A stretch of DNA of 64,000 nucleotides. It comes from Epithemia pelagica (taxonomy: Eukaryota > Protista > Bacillariophyta). Of this stretch, positions 31,244 to 42,050 are shown piece by piece. How positions within the stretch are numbered: position 1 is the first letter of the stretch; every line of letters begins with the position of its first letter. The notes beneath the pieces are model-generated. The model saw only the letters and a list, made by a program, of their open reading frames with translations, was not told the origin of the DNA and did not search any database. The DNA is taken from contig OX337228.1 in assembly GCA_946965045.2 (NCBI GenBank), positions 1,860,001 through 1,924,000 of the forward strand, read 5' to 3'. A program made the position numbers and the translations under genes.

Positions 31244-31978
31244 CATGGAAATGGAAAGCATCGCGGCTCACCGAATTTCGTGACGGTTCTGTTGTGGGTG
31301 GTAGTGTGGGTAGTGTTTGTTGGTCTTGGTTGTTTTGTTGAGTCGTGTCTTTCGTCGGTGCTCCAGCCCAAGAGAGAGCATCAACGGACTCCTTCCAAAA
31401 TGCGCAAGCCTTGCTTCGATCCGCCGTTGAAAAAGAATTTTTGTCGAGCCGGGAGCAAGTCGCGCGTGTATTGGAGTTAGGCCCCTGCGGGTATCCGTGC
31501 TTTTATCGTGACAGGCCGACGCCAACGGGGACGAGATCAATTATCAAAAATTCCACAGGCACTTCCAACGCCGACTCTCTCGAGGTGCGGCAATGCGTTC
31601 TACTACATGCTACTATTGTATAGAGGCCAAAGGCCCTTTTGCAAACAGACAGCCATTAGTATTAGTATTGCAGTGGAAGACGCCAACCCACGAAGCCGCC
31701 GCGACGGCATTGTCCTCAATCGTGTGATCAAACGACAAAATTGAACAGATATCTTTCGCTCTCTGCGACGACAAGAAGACAACGAAAACCAACCTTTTTG
31801 TTGTCATTTTTTTTCGTGTTTGATCCAACCAACAAGAACATCCATCGGTTCCTCTCATCCCCATTTTAGGTTTTGCATCCGTCCGTTGGCATCCTCCACA
31901 AAAGGCAGCGATTCCATCGCTCGATTTTTTCTACAATTCATAAACAGTTCCTACAAAAAACCAACACCATCAGTCATT

Positions 31979-34397
31979 ATGACACTGAGCATTGCTACGG
32001 CAGATCGGACCTGGGGCTGTCCCAAGTCTTTGTTACTCGTATGCTTGTGGTTGTCCATGAGCACTACGGCCGCAGATACAATTTCTTCAAAGGAGGACTC
32101 TTGGGAACGCATTCCAGTGGTGCGACGATTGTACGGAGGGGAGAATTCCCAAGTGCGTCAAAATGTCGCCGAATTGGAAGAACGCATGTACCGATATCAA
32201 ACGGGCTTGGCCCCCGATCCCCACCATGAGGTGCCCTATGAGTATCATCCCTACACCAATCAAGAACCACTCCATTCTCATCGACGACTGGAGGACACTA
32301 CCACGACGACCGATTTGTTTGACAATATTCGAATTCATTTTGAAACCGAGGCACTGGATAGTCTCCGCGACAGTACCAACGGTGCCAAGATTGACTGTAC
32401 GTTTCCCGTCTCGTCCTACAATATGTTGTGTAAGAGTAAGAGGGGTGAAGACTCATTCTGTTCCCCGCTTTTTATTGTTGTTGCATCACATTACAGGGAT
32501 TGAAAATGTTGTCTTGCCTCGAACACGCGACTTGTGGGAAAGGGCCTTGTCAGTGGTACCAGTTTCAGGTAATTTGCGAATTTCTTCCTTTGATTTGGAT
32601 CAAGGCCGATATTGCGGAGACACGGAATTCTCCAGTGTTTCCAGTACGTATATTAGCCAAGGCATACCGGGCAAGGATTTGATCTTGTTTGTCTCGGGCA
32701 GTCCTTCGACTCGCTTTTGTGCCTCTCGGACCTTGGCAGTGGCTGTGGCTTGCAACTTTGATCAATTTGATCGACCCACGGCCGGAGCCATTAATGTTTG
32801 TTTGGACAATATCGAAGTCAATGCCGATGGTAGCATTTCCGATGTGGTCACGGACGACTATGTCGATGTGTGCATTCATGAAGTGGGCCATGTTTTGGGA
32901 ATGTCGTCCAATTCCTATCGCTTTTTCTACGATCCCGATACTGGCAAGGCTCGAACCGGTCGTCCGTTTACAGCCCGATCGGTAACATGTGTGGATGGAA
33001 CACAACGGAGTCAAATTTTGCCCGGTGAGTCCACCATGCTCTTTGGTTCTCGACAGGATGGCACTCGATACGCTTCGATTGTGACAGACAAGGTAAGACA
33101 AATTGCGCGCAATCAATTTGATTGTCCGACCCTGGAAGGTGCGTCCTTGGAAAATCAACCGACGCGGACCGATTCCTGTACGGGTGATCACTGGGATGAA
33201 CGATTGTATTACCCCGAATCCATGTCGGGTGTCCTTTCTCCCACTACCAATATTTTGTCCAGCTTAACCTTGGCGCTCATGGAAGATTCCGGTTGGTACA
33301 AGGCCAATTATACGGTTACACGCATGTCGCCTTGGGGGTTGGGCGCCGGTTGTGACTTTGTGGAAAAAGAATGCTTGACTGCGGTGGCCGGAGGATCACC
33401 CACGATTCCTGACTATTCGAGAGGATTTTTTTGTGCCTCTGAAAACGACAAGGGTTGCTCGTCGGAGCATTCGCACAAAATGGCCTGTCAAGTGATCAAT
33501 TACTTGTTTGTGGTGGGTCAAGATGTCCCTGCGGAAAATCAATTCTTTTCCACCACCACCTTGGGAGGTCCGCGACAAGCGGACTATTGTCCCGTGTATG
33601 GAAACACGTATGGAAATCGCAAAGCCGAAGGCTTGGACTGCCGAATTTCCACCAATACTCCTTCCTTTCCCAATACCTACAATGAGGTCTATGGTCCCAA
33701 TTCCAAATGTGTCGTGTCGTCATCGGGCGAAGGCCGCTGTTACGAATCCTTTTGTGTCAAAAGTGATATGACATTTCAGTTCAATGTCGTCGGACGGTTT
33801 TATGTGTGCGAATACGATTTTGAAAAGAAATCAATTCCCTTGTCCGATGGTACGAGACCACATACCGTTACTTGTCCGCGCTTGTCGCAGGCTTGTCCAG
33901 ACTTGTTTTGTCCCTTCAATTGTGCCGGTCGGGGTATTTGCGACTATACCAACACGGAAAATGGCACGGTCCGCCCGGTATGCAAATGCTTTGATCCTAC
34001 GGATACCAGTGCAGCTTGCAGTGACAGTTTGATCCCCGACGGTGGCTTCTTGGACGATGCCGGTACCTTGTTGGACAATTTGGAAGAAAACTTTTTCGAT
34101 CCGCTTGTCGCCGTCTTTGTCGATCATTACGATTTGTGGACAACAGCCAGCTGGGCCTGGGCCATTGGCTTGGTGACGGTCGGGGTTATTCTGATTCTCT
34201 GTGTCTGCAGCTCCTTGTGTCCATCACCAACGAGGGGCAAGGGCAAGAGTGGAGCCCTGTCTCGTTCTCGCCCAGTCCAATACAGGGCGGTGCCAACACG
34301 GAGCAGTCGAGCACCACCCACACGCTCGTCGCGGGCGACAACTAGCTACAAACAACCTCGACGAGAGGAATCCTCGTCCCGACTCTACAATATTTAA
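31979..34397 (+). CDS. LMLN: Leishmanolysin-like metalloprotease (peptidase M8); 2 exons: 31979-32396, 32497-34397 (772 aa)
   Basis: N-terminal hydrophobic leader, DRPTAGAINVC, HEVGHVLG (HExxH), LENQP...GDHWDER...ESMSG (third His and Met-turn), Cys-rich/EGF-like region, C-terminal TM; 100-nt GT-AG intron restores AKIDWIENVVLP. Confidence 0.9.
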
Positions 34398-34650
34398 TAG
34401 TTGCAGTAATAAGAGTGGGTGTACACCCACTTGTGTTGTCTGTTCTACTGTAAACACGCACTCATACCTTTTGTAGAAGTTTGGTCTATTTATACTCGCC
34501 TTTGACAAGAGTGCGATTGTGTCGTAGATCCGGAGTTCCGTGACGACACCAATCGCAGACGAAGCAAGAATGGAAGGAGTGCTCGTGAGCACCGCCCTTT
34601 GTTTCAGGGAATCATAGAAGTAACTGAAACCATGAGTCATCTCACCCAAA

Positions 34651-37600
34651 TCAAACGCTTGCCGTGGCTACCGCGGCTTTTTTCAAGTCCTCTTTCCCCT
34701 TTTCCGAGGACTCTTCTTGCGTGGAACTTGATTTGGTGGTGGATGTCTTGTCTTCGGGTACAACATGTTGCCCGCTTGTTTTGCTATCGCTTCCACTGTC
34801 GGTACGACCGCTGCTGCTCGGCGTATTGCTTTCGCTGCTACCACTCCCCTGGTTGCTTCCACCAGCCGCGCTTGCCGTACTCCCAGTAGTACCCCGACGA
34901 TGCGGACCCTTGTTGAAGAGGGTTTCCAGTAATTGAGGCGTAACGGACCCAATAGCTCCTTTGACTCCTGGTGCACGGTCGGTAAAGACACAGTGAAAAC
35001 ATCGTTTTTTCACATCTTCATCTCTCATTAGTGTAATGGTCATGAATAGTGTGGGACGGTCGGCAAACTTGACGCAGGGCAAGGTCATGGTTGAGTAGTC
35101 TTGCAGAGGTGTCGTTGTCTTTTTGGTCTTGGTTGGTTTGTCCTCTGCTTGAGCTGACTGTTCTTGCGCGTCTTCGTCCTCCCGAAGTGACGAGGCTACA
35201 AGCTCAAAGAGATTCGAAAGCATGGTCGGTTGCACCAAACTGAAAATAGTCAAGCGCTCTACATGGCTCCGGCGTAACCGAGTGACGCGAATGAACATTT
35301 CATTGTGCGCCAAGATTCTCCCGGTTGTGGTTGCAATCAATTGTGGAACATTGCTTTTTAAAAACACCTCTTGATAGTCCAGCTCAAAATTACGTTCCAG
35401 AGAAGTAGCATCTCGAACCATGGTGCCATTGTGAGACTTGGTCTTTTTGTGTCTCTTGGCCAAATCTTGTGGGTGTTGCTTTCGCTTGCGATGACCCAAA
35501 CTGCTACTCGTTGTGGTAGTAATAGTCTGAATGGCCATGCCTGACGGAGTATCCTCTCCGTCGCCGTGGTGACCTGTGGAGCTGTCATGACTGGTACGCT
35601 CTCGCGGGTCCGATGTCTCGGCAACCGCGGCATCCGAACACACTGTATTTTGGTTCGACGGATCTGCCACGGGTGTTTCTTTATTATTTTCGGCATCGGG
35701 GACAGCCGCGTCTTTGGTAGCGCCGGCTGTCATGGTGCGTTCGTCACTACCGGTGGACGAGCCTTTGGCGTACTTGTTGTGGTCCGTAATGTCGGAAACA
35801 CTCGACTTGTACCCAACGAATACATGAGGGCCTACTCCTTCTGTGCGTTGTTTCTTCCCGTATTCATCTTGATCTGCCGAAGACGAGTAGTCCTCCGAGT
35901 TTGTCTCGGGCTGTTGGGATGACGATAGTTTTCGTTTCTTGTTGTTCTTGTTGTTGTGCTCCGAACTTTGGCCCGATTCTTCAGTGGAACTGGCACCCAC
36001 TTCTCCACTCGCTCCATTTTTCTCATTCATGGCGGTGTCAGATGTCTTGTCATTTATCATGTCATGTTTGGCCGACTCTTGTTGTTGTTGTTGTTCCTGT
36101 TGCGGGGATGGGGGTGGCGGTGGATCCTTTTTGTTTCCATTCATGGAGCGTGAACTCGATGATACCGTCAAGCTGGAGGTGGTACTTTCCGGTTCCGAGG
36201 GATCTTGTTGGGCCATGGACTTTTCCTCCTCCAGTTTTCGTTGCTTGGCTTCCAAATCTTGTTTGGCTTGTTCGACGGCTGTTTCCTTGTCTTTGGTGGT
36301 CTTGACCAAGTGTTTGACATAATCGGAGCATCTGTACAAGGAGAACAAAAAAGAAACATTGGTGTGAGCGAAACCAGGCAACGAGTGACCAAAAACAGTG
36401 TCATTGAACGTTGAGTACGACACATACGAAGAGAGAGTGTGTAGTTTGCTCTTGATGCCGACTTTCCATCCCCCCTTTTCCATGCGAATCCGCAATTGTT
36501 CAATGAGTTCGGTAATTCGTTGGGCTCGTTTTTGTTCCTTGGCATTTTTGATCCGTTTACTTCCCACAGTATCATCACCATGCCGAGCATCGACGAGACG
36601 GGGCATGGGTCCCCGATGATGATGATGATTGTGGTGATGGTGATGATGAGTGTGGTGCCCCGTGTGATGGTGATGATGGGTTCCCGGTTGGCCTACAAAC
36701 ATGGGCAGGGGCAAACCTTCGGACGGAGGAATCAGGTTACTGCTGGCACCACCACCACTGCTATTGGGCGGTGTCACAGCTGCCGCCGATCGAGCAAAAT
36801 GGTAGCTGTTGTTGTCTTGCAACACGGGCAGTCCGTGAGCCCGTTGCGATTGGATAAAATTATGACGCAATTCAACTGGTGCATCAAACAACATGAACGG
36901 GGGAGGTTCTTCTTCCTCCTGGTTCTTCTTTTTGTTATTGCTGTTGCTGTTCTTCGCGCTCGTCTTTTTGTTGTTATTGTTCGCAGTACCCTTGCGCCCT
37001 CCTCCTGCTGGTTTGGAGGTGCGTGCTGGACCTTTGGTGGAGGATCGGGTCCTTCGACTTGTACTGCTACTTCCCGTACTATTACTAGTAGTCCCTGTAC
37101 GTTTCTTGGATGGAACACTGGCCGCAGCTGCACTTGTCGTGCTACTGCTACGTGTTGTGGGAGGTGGTGGTGGTGGTTTGAGAGATGTGGATTTCTCGTG
37201 TGGTGCTGCAGTGGAAGAAACAGCCATGAGGGGGGCTACCGTCATGGGATTGGATTCGGCCGGACGCAATGAAGTGGCAGTCGTGGTGGTTCCGGTTGCG
37301 GCGGCGACTGCTGCGGCGGCCGCCACGGATTCGAGCGTGGGCGGTACCACTGGTGTGCTCGTTGCATTGGTGGGAGACGAGCCAGTGCTCGTGGTTGTCA
37401 TTGTTGTTGTGGGAGCCGGGGCTGTCGTGGCATCCAGTACAGTCGTTGTGGTTGTTGTGGTCGGAGGAGCGGGCGGAAAACAAAAAAAGCTGGACAAATC
37501 GACGCCCGCTGCCAAGGCATTGAATGCCAAGGGTAACAAGACTGCACTATCCAAGGGTTGGGACGAGGATGGGGGCAAAAAGGTTGGAGGTGTTGTTGCT

Positions 37601-38532
37601 GCTGTTGTACCCAAGGGGGGTGGTGCCAACACGGGAGGAAAGGAGGTGGGGACATAGCCCAGAGGAGCGCTTGCGGCTGCGACTGCTGGATGTACGCCTA
37701 CCGTTGTTTCACCAGTACCCGTGACGGTGGTTTCAAATGGCGGCAAGGTCGTGGTGGTTGTTGTTGTTGTGGCTACGTTTGTCAGGACTTGGTCACTCGA
37801 GGGTAGTAGAGCTCCGCCTGCAGCAGTAGTAGTGCATGTCGTTGCCGTGGTCGTTGTGGCGGCATCTCCCACCAAGGCCGACGAGGACGAGGAGGACACG
37901 GCGTGTGGTGGGGGTGGCGATGGTGCCAACCCAGACAATCCGGCAGGGTGGTGGCTGCTGCTGCTACTGCTACTACTACTGCTGTGGCTACCCGTCACGG
38001 CCGGATACCGGACCGTTGTGGCGGCGGCAGCCGTCGTTGGTGGAGTCGTAGTAGTAGTAGTGGTAGCCAGCAAGAGGGCATCTTGTGCCTTGTCAAATTC
38101 ATCCCAGGCGGCATCTTCGGTTTCATCGGGGGCCACCACCGGTGACAAGCTTCCACTGTTGTTGGTACTGCTGCTATAATAGGTACTGTCCATGGCAGCC
38201 GCAGCGGCAGGAGAAGAAGAAGCGGTCAGGCCATGATGATGATGATCCATGGCAATTCTCGGTCGACCACCACCCCCACCCCCACTCAGGAGTTTGCTGC
38301 TGATGCTGTTGGTGGTGGTTGTAGTGGGCGGTGGTGGTGGTGGTTCCTCCTCTTCTTCCCAACAATCCAACAAGGCTGGATCAAAATTCGAATTGAGTGC
38401 CAATTGTTCAAATTCAGGATCGTCGTCCTCCTCTCGACCATTGTCTTGTTCCGTTTCATCCTCCTCGACACCTACTAGTTCATCATTGGATGCTGTGGCA
38501 TCCACTTGAGCCAACAGGTCGTCCTCATTCAT
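34651..38532 (-). CDS. bHLH-PAS transcription factor; intron 36332-36427 (1261 aa spliced)
   Basis: KRIKNAKEQKRAQRITELIEQLR...SKLHTLSS/CSDYVKHL (bHLH) plus coiled coil; LDYQEVFLKSNVPQLIATTTGRILAHNEMF...LTIFSLV...RCFHCVF (single PAS). Confidence 0.85.
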   Translation of the reverse strand: MNEDDLLAQVDATASNDELVGVEEDETEQDNGREEDDDPEFEQLALNSNFDPALLDCWEEEEEPPPPPPTTTTTNSISSKLLSGGGGGGRPRIAMDHHHHGLTASSSPAAAAAMDSTYYSSSTNNSGSLSPVVAPDETEDAAWDEFDKAQDALLLATTTTTTTPPTTAAAATTVRYPAVTGSHSSSSSSSSSSHHPAGLSGLAPSPPPPHAVSSSSSSALVGDAATTTTATTCTTTAAGGALLPSSDQVLTNVATTTTTTTTLPPFETTVTGTGETTVGVHPAVAAASAPLGYVPTSFPPVLAPPPLGTTAATTPPTFLPPSSSQPLDSAVLLPLAFNALAAGVDLSSFFCFPPAPPTTTTTTTVLDATTAPAPTTTMTTTSTGSSPTNATSTPVVPPTLESVAAAAAVAAATGTTTTATSLRPAESNPMTVAPLMAVSSTAAPHEKSTSLKPPPPPPTTRSSSTTSAAAASVPSKKRTGTTSNSTGSSSTSRRTRSSTKGPARTSKPAGGGRKGTANNNNKKTSAKNSNSNNKKKNQEEEEPPPFMLFDAPVELRHNFIQSQRAHGLPVLQDNNSYHFARSAAAVTPPNSSGGGASSNLIPPSEGLPLPMFVGQPGTHHHHHTGHHTHHHHHHNHHHHRGPMPRLVDARHGDDTVGSKRIKNAKEQKRAQRITELIEQLRIRMEKGGWKVGIKSKLHTLSSYVSYSTFNDTVFGHSLPGFAHTNVSFLFSLYRCSDYVKHLVKTTKDKETAVEQAKQDLEAKQRKLEEEKSMAQQDPSEPESTTSSLTVSSSSRSMNGNKKDPPPPPSPQQEQQQQQESAKHDMINDKTSDTAMNEKNGASGEVGASSTEESGQSSEHNNKNNKKRKLSSSQQPETNSEDYSSSADQDEYGKKQRTEGVGPHVFVGYKSSVSDITDHNKYAKGSSTGSDERTMTAGATKDAAVPDAENNKETPVADPSNQNTVCSDAAVAETSDPRERTSHDSSTGHHGDGEDTPSGMAIQTITTTTSSSLGHRKRKQHPQDLAKRHKKTKSHNGTMVRDATSLERNFELDYQEVFLKSNVPQLIATTTGRILAHNEMFIRVTRLRRSHVERLTIFSLVQPTMLSNLFELVASSLREDEDAQEQSAQAEDKPTKTKKTTTPLQDYSTMTLPCVKFADRPTLFMTITLMRDEDVKKRCFHCVFTDRAPGVKGAIGSVTPQLLETLFNKGPHRRGTTGSTASAAGGSNQGSGSSESNTPSSSGRTDSGSDSKTSGQHVVPEDKTSTTKSSSTQEESSEKGKEDLKKAAVATASV

Positions 38533-41500
38533 GATATACTGTTGTTGTCGTTGTTGTTGTTGGTGGTGATGATGATGATGATGGGTGCGGACAGTGGGTT
38601 GTTACGCACAATGATTTCTCACTCTACGAAAAGCAAATGGGGAACCGGTTTCAATTATCTCGAGTGTTCTATACGCAATCAATGGAACGTGTACATGGCA
38701 TGCATGAGAACCAAGACGAAAACACACACAAATTATTCGAAGAGAGAGAGAGCAAAAGACTCTGTCCTGCTTACCAAAAGGTTGCTGTTGTTGTTGTTGA
38801 TGGTTGTGATTGTTCTGTTTCTTGATAAGAAAAGAGGCTTCATCATTTCTCTGCTGTTTGATGGATGGGTCTCTTGGTTTCTTCTCTTGGTGGTTGTTTG
38901 TTGATGGCTGCGCTCCTGCTGATGGATGGAGAATCACGGGAGACAATTGGCACCGTCGTGAAGAGCATCTGGAAAGCAGATGGGCGCAAAGAAAAAGTCA
39001 CGCACTTGGCCCGGCATTCATTCCTTTAGTATACACTAGAAGCCAGGATGATGATGGGTGTGTCTTCTTTGTGAAGATGCATCACCGCACCAGCTGGCCC
39101 TCTGCCATTGCGACGGCACTGTGACAGCACAGACAGCAGCTGCCAACAGTTAGGCCCGTCGAATGGAAATGAGAACTCGCGCCGGGCGGTCCGAAAGGTT
39201 CTCATCCATTTCGGTACTGACTGACTGTAGAAGTGTAGAGTAGGAAAAAAAAGAGAACCTCCAACATCTGCGAAGCCGTATGGTTCGGAATTGGCAGATC
39301 GTGTTCCAAAAAAAGCTGCCACCAACAACACACCGTTGTTTCTCAGCACGATCCAAGATCCAAGACGAACAATGTCTCTACTACTCGTACTTGTTGTGGT
39401 AGGAAGATCGTTGGATTGAATCTTCCTGCAGAAGAGAAGGTGGGTCATTCTTGTTGCCGATTATTGCGATTCTTGCTCCTCCTGCTGTTGCTTCATAATA
39501 ATATTATTACTGCAATCCGTTTGTTCGCCGGTTACAGATCCAGATGTAAAGCTCTGACGACTTTTTGCGGACTCGCAGATGCATGCAAACGACGAGGACA
39601 AAGGTAAAAGAAAAACTCCATCTGGTGGAGAGCGAATCCTTGGAACCTCTTGTTCTGGAGAGAGTGATGTGAGGCTCTGGTTTGGAGATACGGTTTTGGA
39701 TCCAAGAAGAACAAAAATAAGAAATACTCCTACTACAACCTACAACATGCAACTTGGATCATTCCACCTACGACAACATCATTATTGTAGGACAGCACCA
39801 CAAAGTATAGTAAGTAGTACACAAGAAGGAGGAAACCAATCTTGTCATACTCATTGTCATTTGTCATCATCATCATTGCATCATCTGGAAACCAGATGGT
39901 ACCAACAGTATTCCGAGAAGCAGGGTTCCAAAGTATAGGTAGGTAGCTGTGAAGTCATGCAAGTTTTTGAAATCCAAAAGGCTTTTGCCTCCTATAATAA
40001 TGTGTGCAGTGGGCAACCAAAAGGAGACAAAGAAGGAACGATCAAAGGTCCGTTTCCAAGTAGGTAGTCATAGTGCGAAATAGGATCCGAATGTAAAAAG
40101 GGGAAAACCATTGGAATCTCGAATCTTTGCCTGGGCCGTCTCAATCCCACCCTGTTTTGGACAATCACTGGCCATTCTTATTATTTTTTGCGCACTTGAT
40201 ATCGTCATTGTCTGGAATTTGCCTACCGGAACGCAACTACAAGTGAAAGAGAGAGAGAGCATGACATTATAGTTTCAACGGGGTCCAAAAGCGGCCCATG
40301 TTCTTGTCCCTAGCCATGACACGTTGGTTGCAGTGGTCCTGTGCGCGCGCATGGAAGACAGAAACTGGTTCTCTCCAACCAATCTAATAGCAAGGATCCT
40401 AGAACAAAGGTGACTTTTTCCCAGTAGAATGTATGGACGGTCGTCCAGTCGTTCGACTGTTTGGATGGGGATCAATCTTGTGTAAGGAGCGAGTCTTGGC
40501 ACAACCACCCTGGATGCGGAACACCACGCGAGTTACCAAGGACATGAATGTCTGTGTGTTGTAGGAAAAACGCCATGTTGGGGCATTTTCTCGAGAGACG
40601 GATGATCGGTGGCGAAGCTCGGAGCCGAGAAAACACAATTGTTTGCTTACGATATCGCTCGGTACGCGTTCCATGTCAAGGCATTTTGGTTTTCGTGTCT
40701 CGTCTCTGTTTGTGTAGGAAAATGTTGTGCGTGCATCCTAGGACAAACCGCCCTCTCAACGGGTTCCTCCATGCTCATGAAACTGTGTGCACTCTTGGAT
40801 GATGATAAATGATGGGGGTTGGAGACAATTCTCAAAAGACCCTCCACACAAAGACAATTGTCGAGTGTTCGATACAGGAAACAAACGAACGACGACACAA
40901 GAAGAAAACGACGGGCGCAGGGAATCGTGGAACTGCTTGGACATATCCTCCTCAACGCAGCCAATCAATCGTGTGCATTTGGAGATACGTCCTTGGATCT
41001 GTCTCTCCATTTCCAAACGCTTATGTCCTTTTGCAGGACGAGGCACCCGGCCACCATCCAACGCCATTTTCCCACTGCGTCTCCTCTTGTTCCAGTTCGC
41101 CTCTAGTTGACCGAGTTGTGGTCGCACCCATATGATACGCTCTGTTTTCCAGAGGTACTAATCTCAGCGTTCTCTCGTCTAGCAGAGATCTTGAGGACCA
41201 AGTCGGTATCACCCGCATTATCACTGTTGTCCAAATGCTTTCAAGAAAGAAACACTCTTATGCCCATACGAATCATCTCTTCTTTTGGTCCCCCCTGTCC
41301 TCCTCTCTCATATGGCTGTCGGTACGAGAAGACGACGAAAGAATGAGAGGAGAGCTCTCTGTGTATGTGTTGGTTGCGCGCCAATGCGCAATCGTATGGC
41401 TGCTCGCCCGGCGCATGGACGGATTTGGTTCCGTTGAATGGAATGGAGTTGTACAAAGTAGTTGGACATCGCCAAGGGTGCTCGCCAAGCATTTGTTGTC

Positions 41501-42050
41501 TTCGCCGGCGAACGACTATAGCCCTTTGAGCGCGTGGCCGACTGGACTCCGTTGTATTGAATAGTTGTCCTCGGACATTTCACGCGCGCAAGACCCACGC
41601 CCCCTCCGTCTCTGCCCCGTTTTGGGGTTTTGGTGGTGGATGCTGGCGAGACGGCGAGACGACGATTCACACCATCATTCGGACGATCGACTTGTCCCTG
41701 CCGCTGACTGCCACCTATCTCTCTCTCTCGTTTCTCTATGCATGTCGAGAGGAGAATCAAGACTGCTGTATCTGCTTCCTGAGCTGCTGTTGTTGTTGTT
41801 GTGGTAGTCCATTCCGAACGAGCTGCGCCACCATTGTCCATCTTCTCTCTTTGGAAGAGTGCGCTCCGTTTGTGTGACAACAACGAAAGACAACACACGT
41901 CTCGCCAAGAACCAAGCGCACGAACCATTCGACTGCGATCGCCGTCATTCTCTGTTTGGTACCAAACAAATACAACAACAACAAGTCATTTTATTTCTGT
42001 TTCCAGAGGTGTTCGTGTGACATCCCATTCCCACAATTTCCAACGACACA

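Noticed and set aside
38600-42000. Short ORFs (60-206 aa) in the 3.5-kb spacer between bHLH-PAS and the giant protein
   Set aside because: Overlapping on both strands, no recognisable domains, microsatellite-derived residues; most likely long UTR or regulatory DNA.
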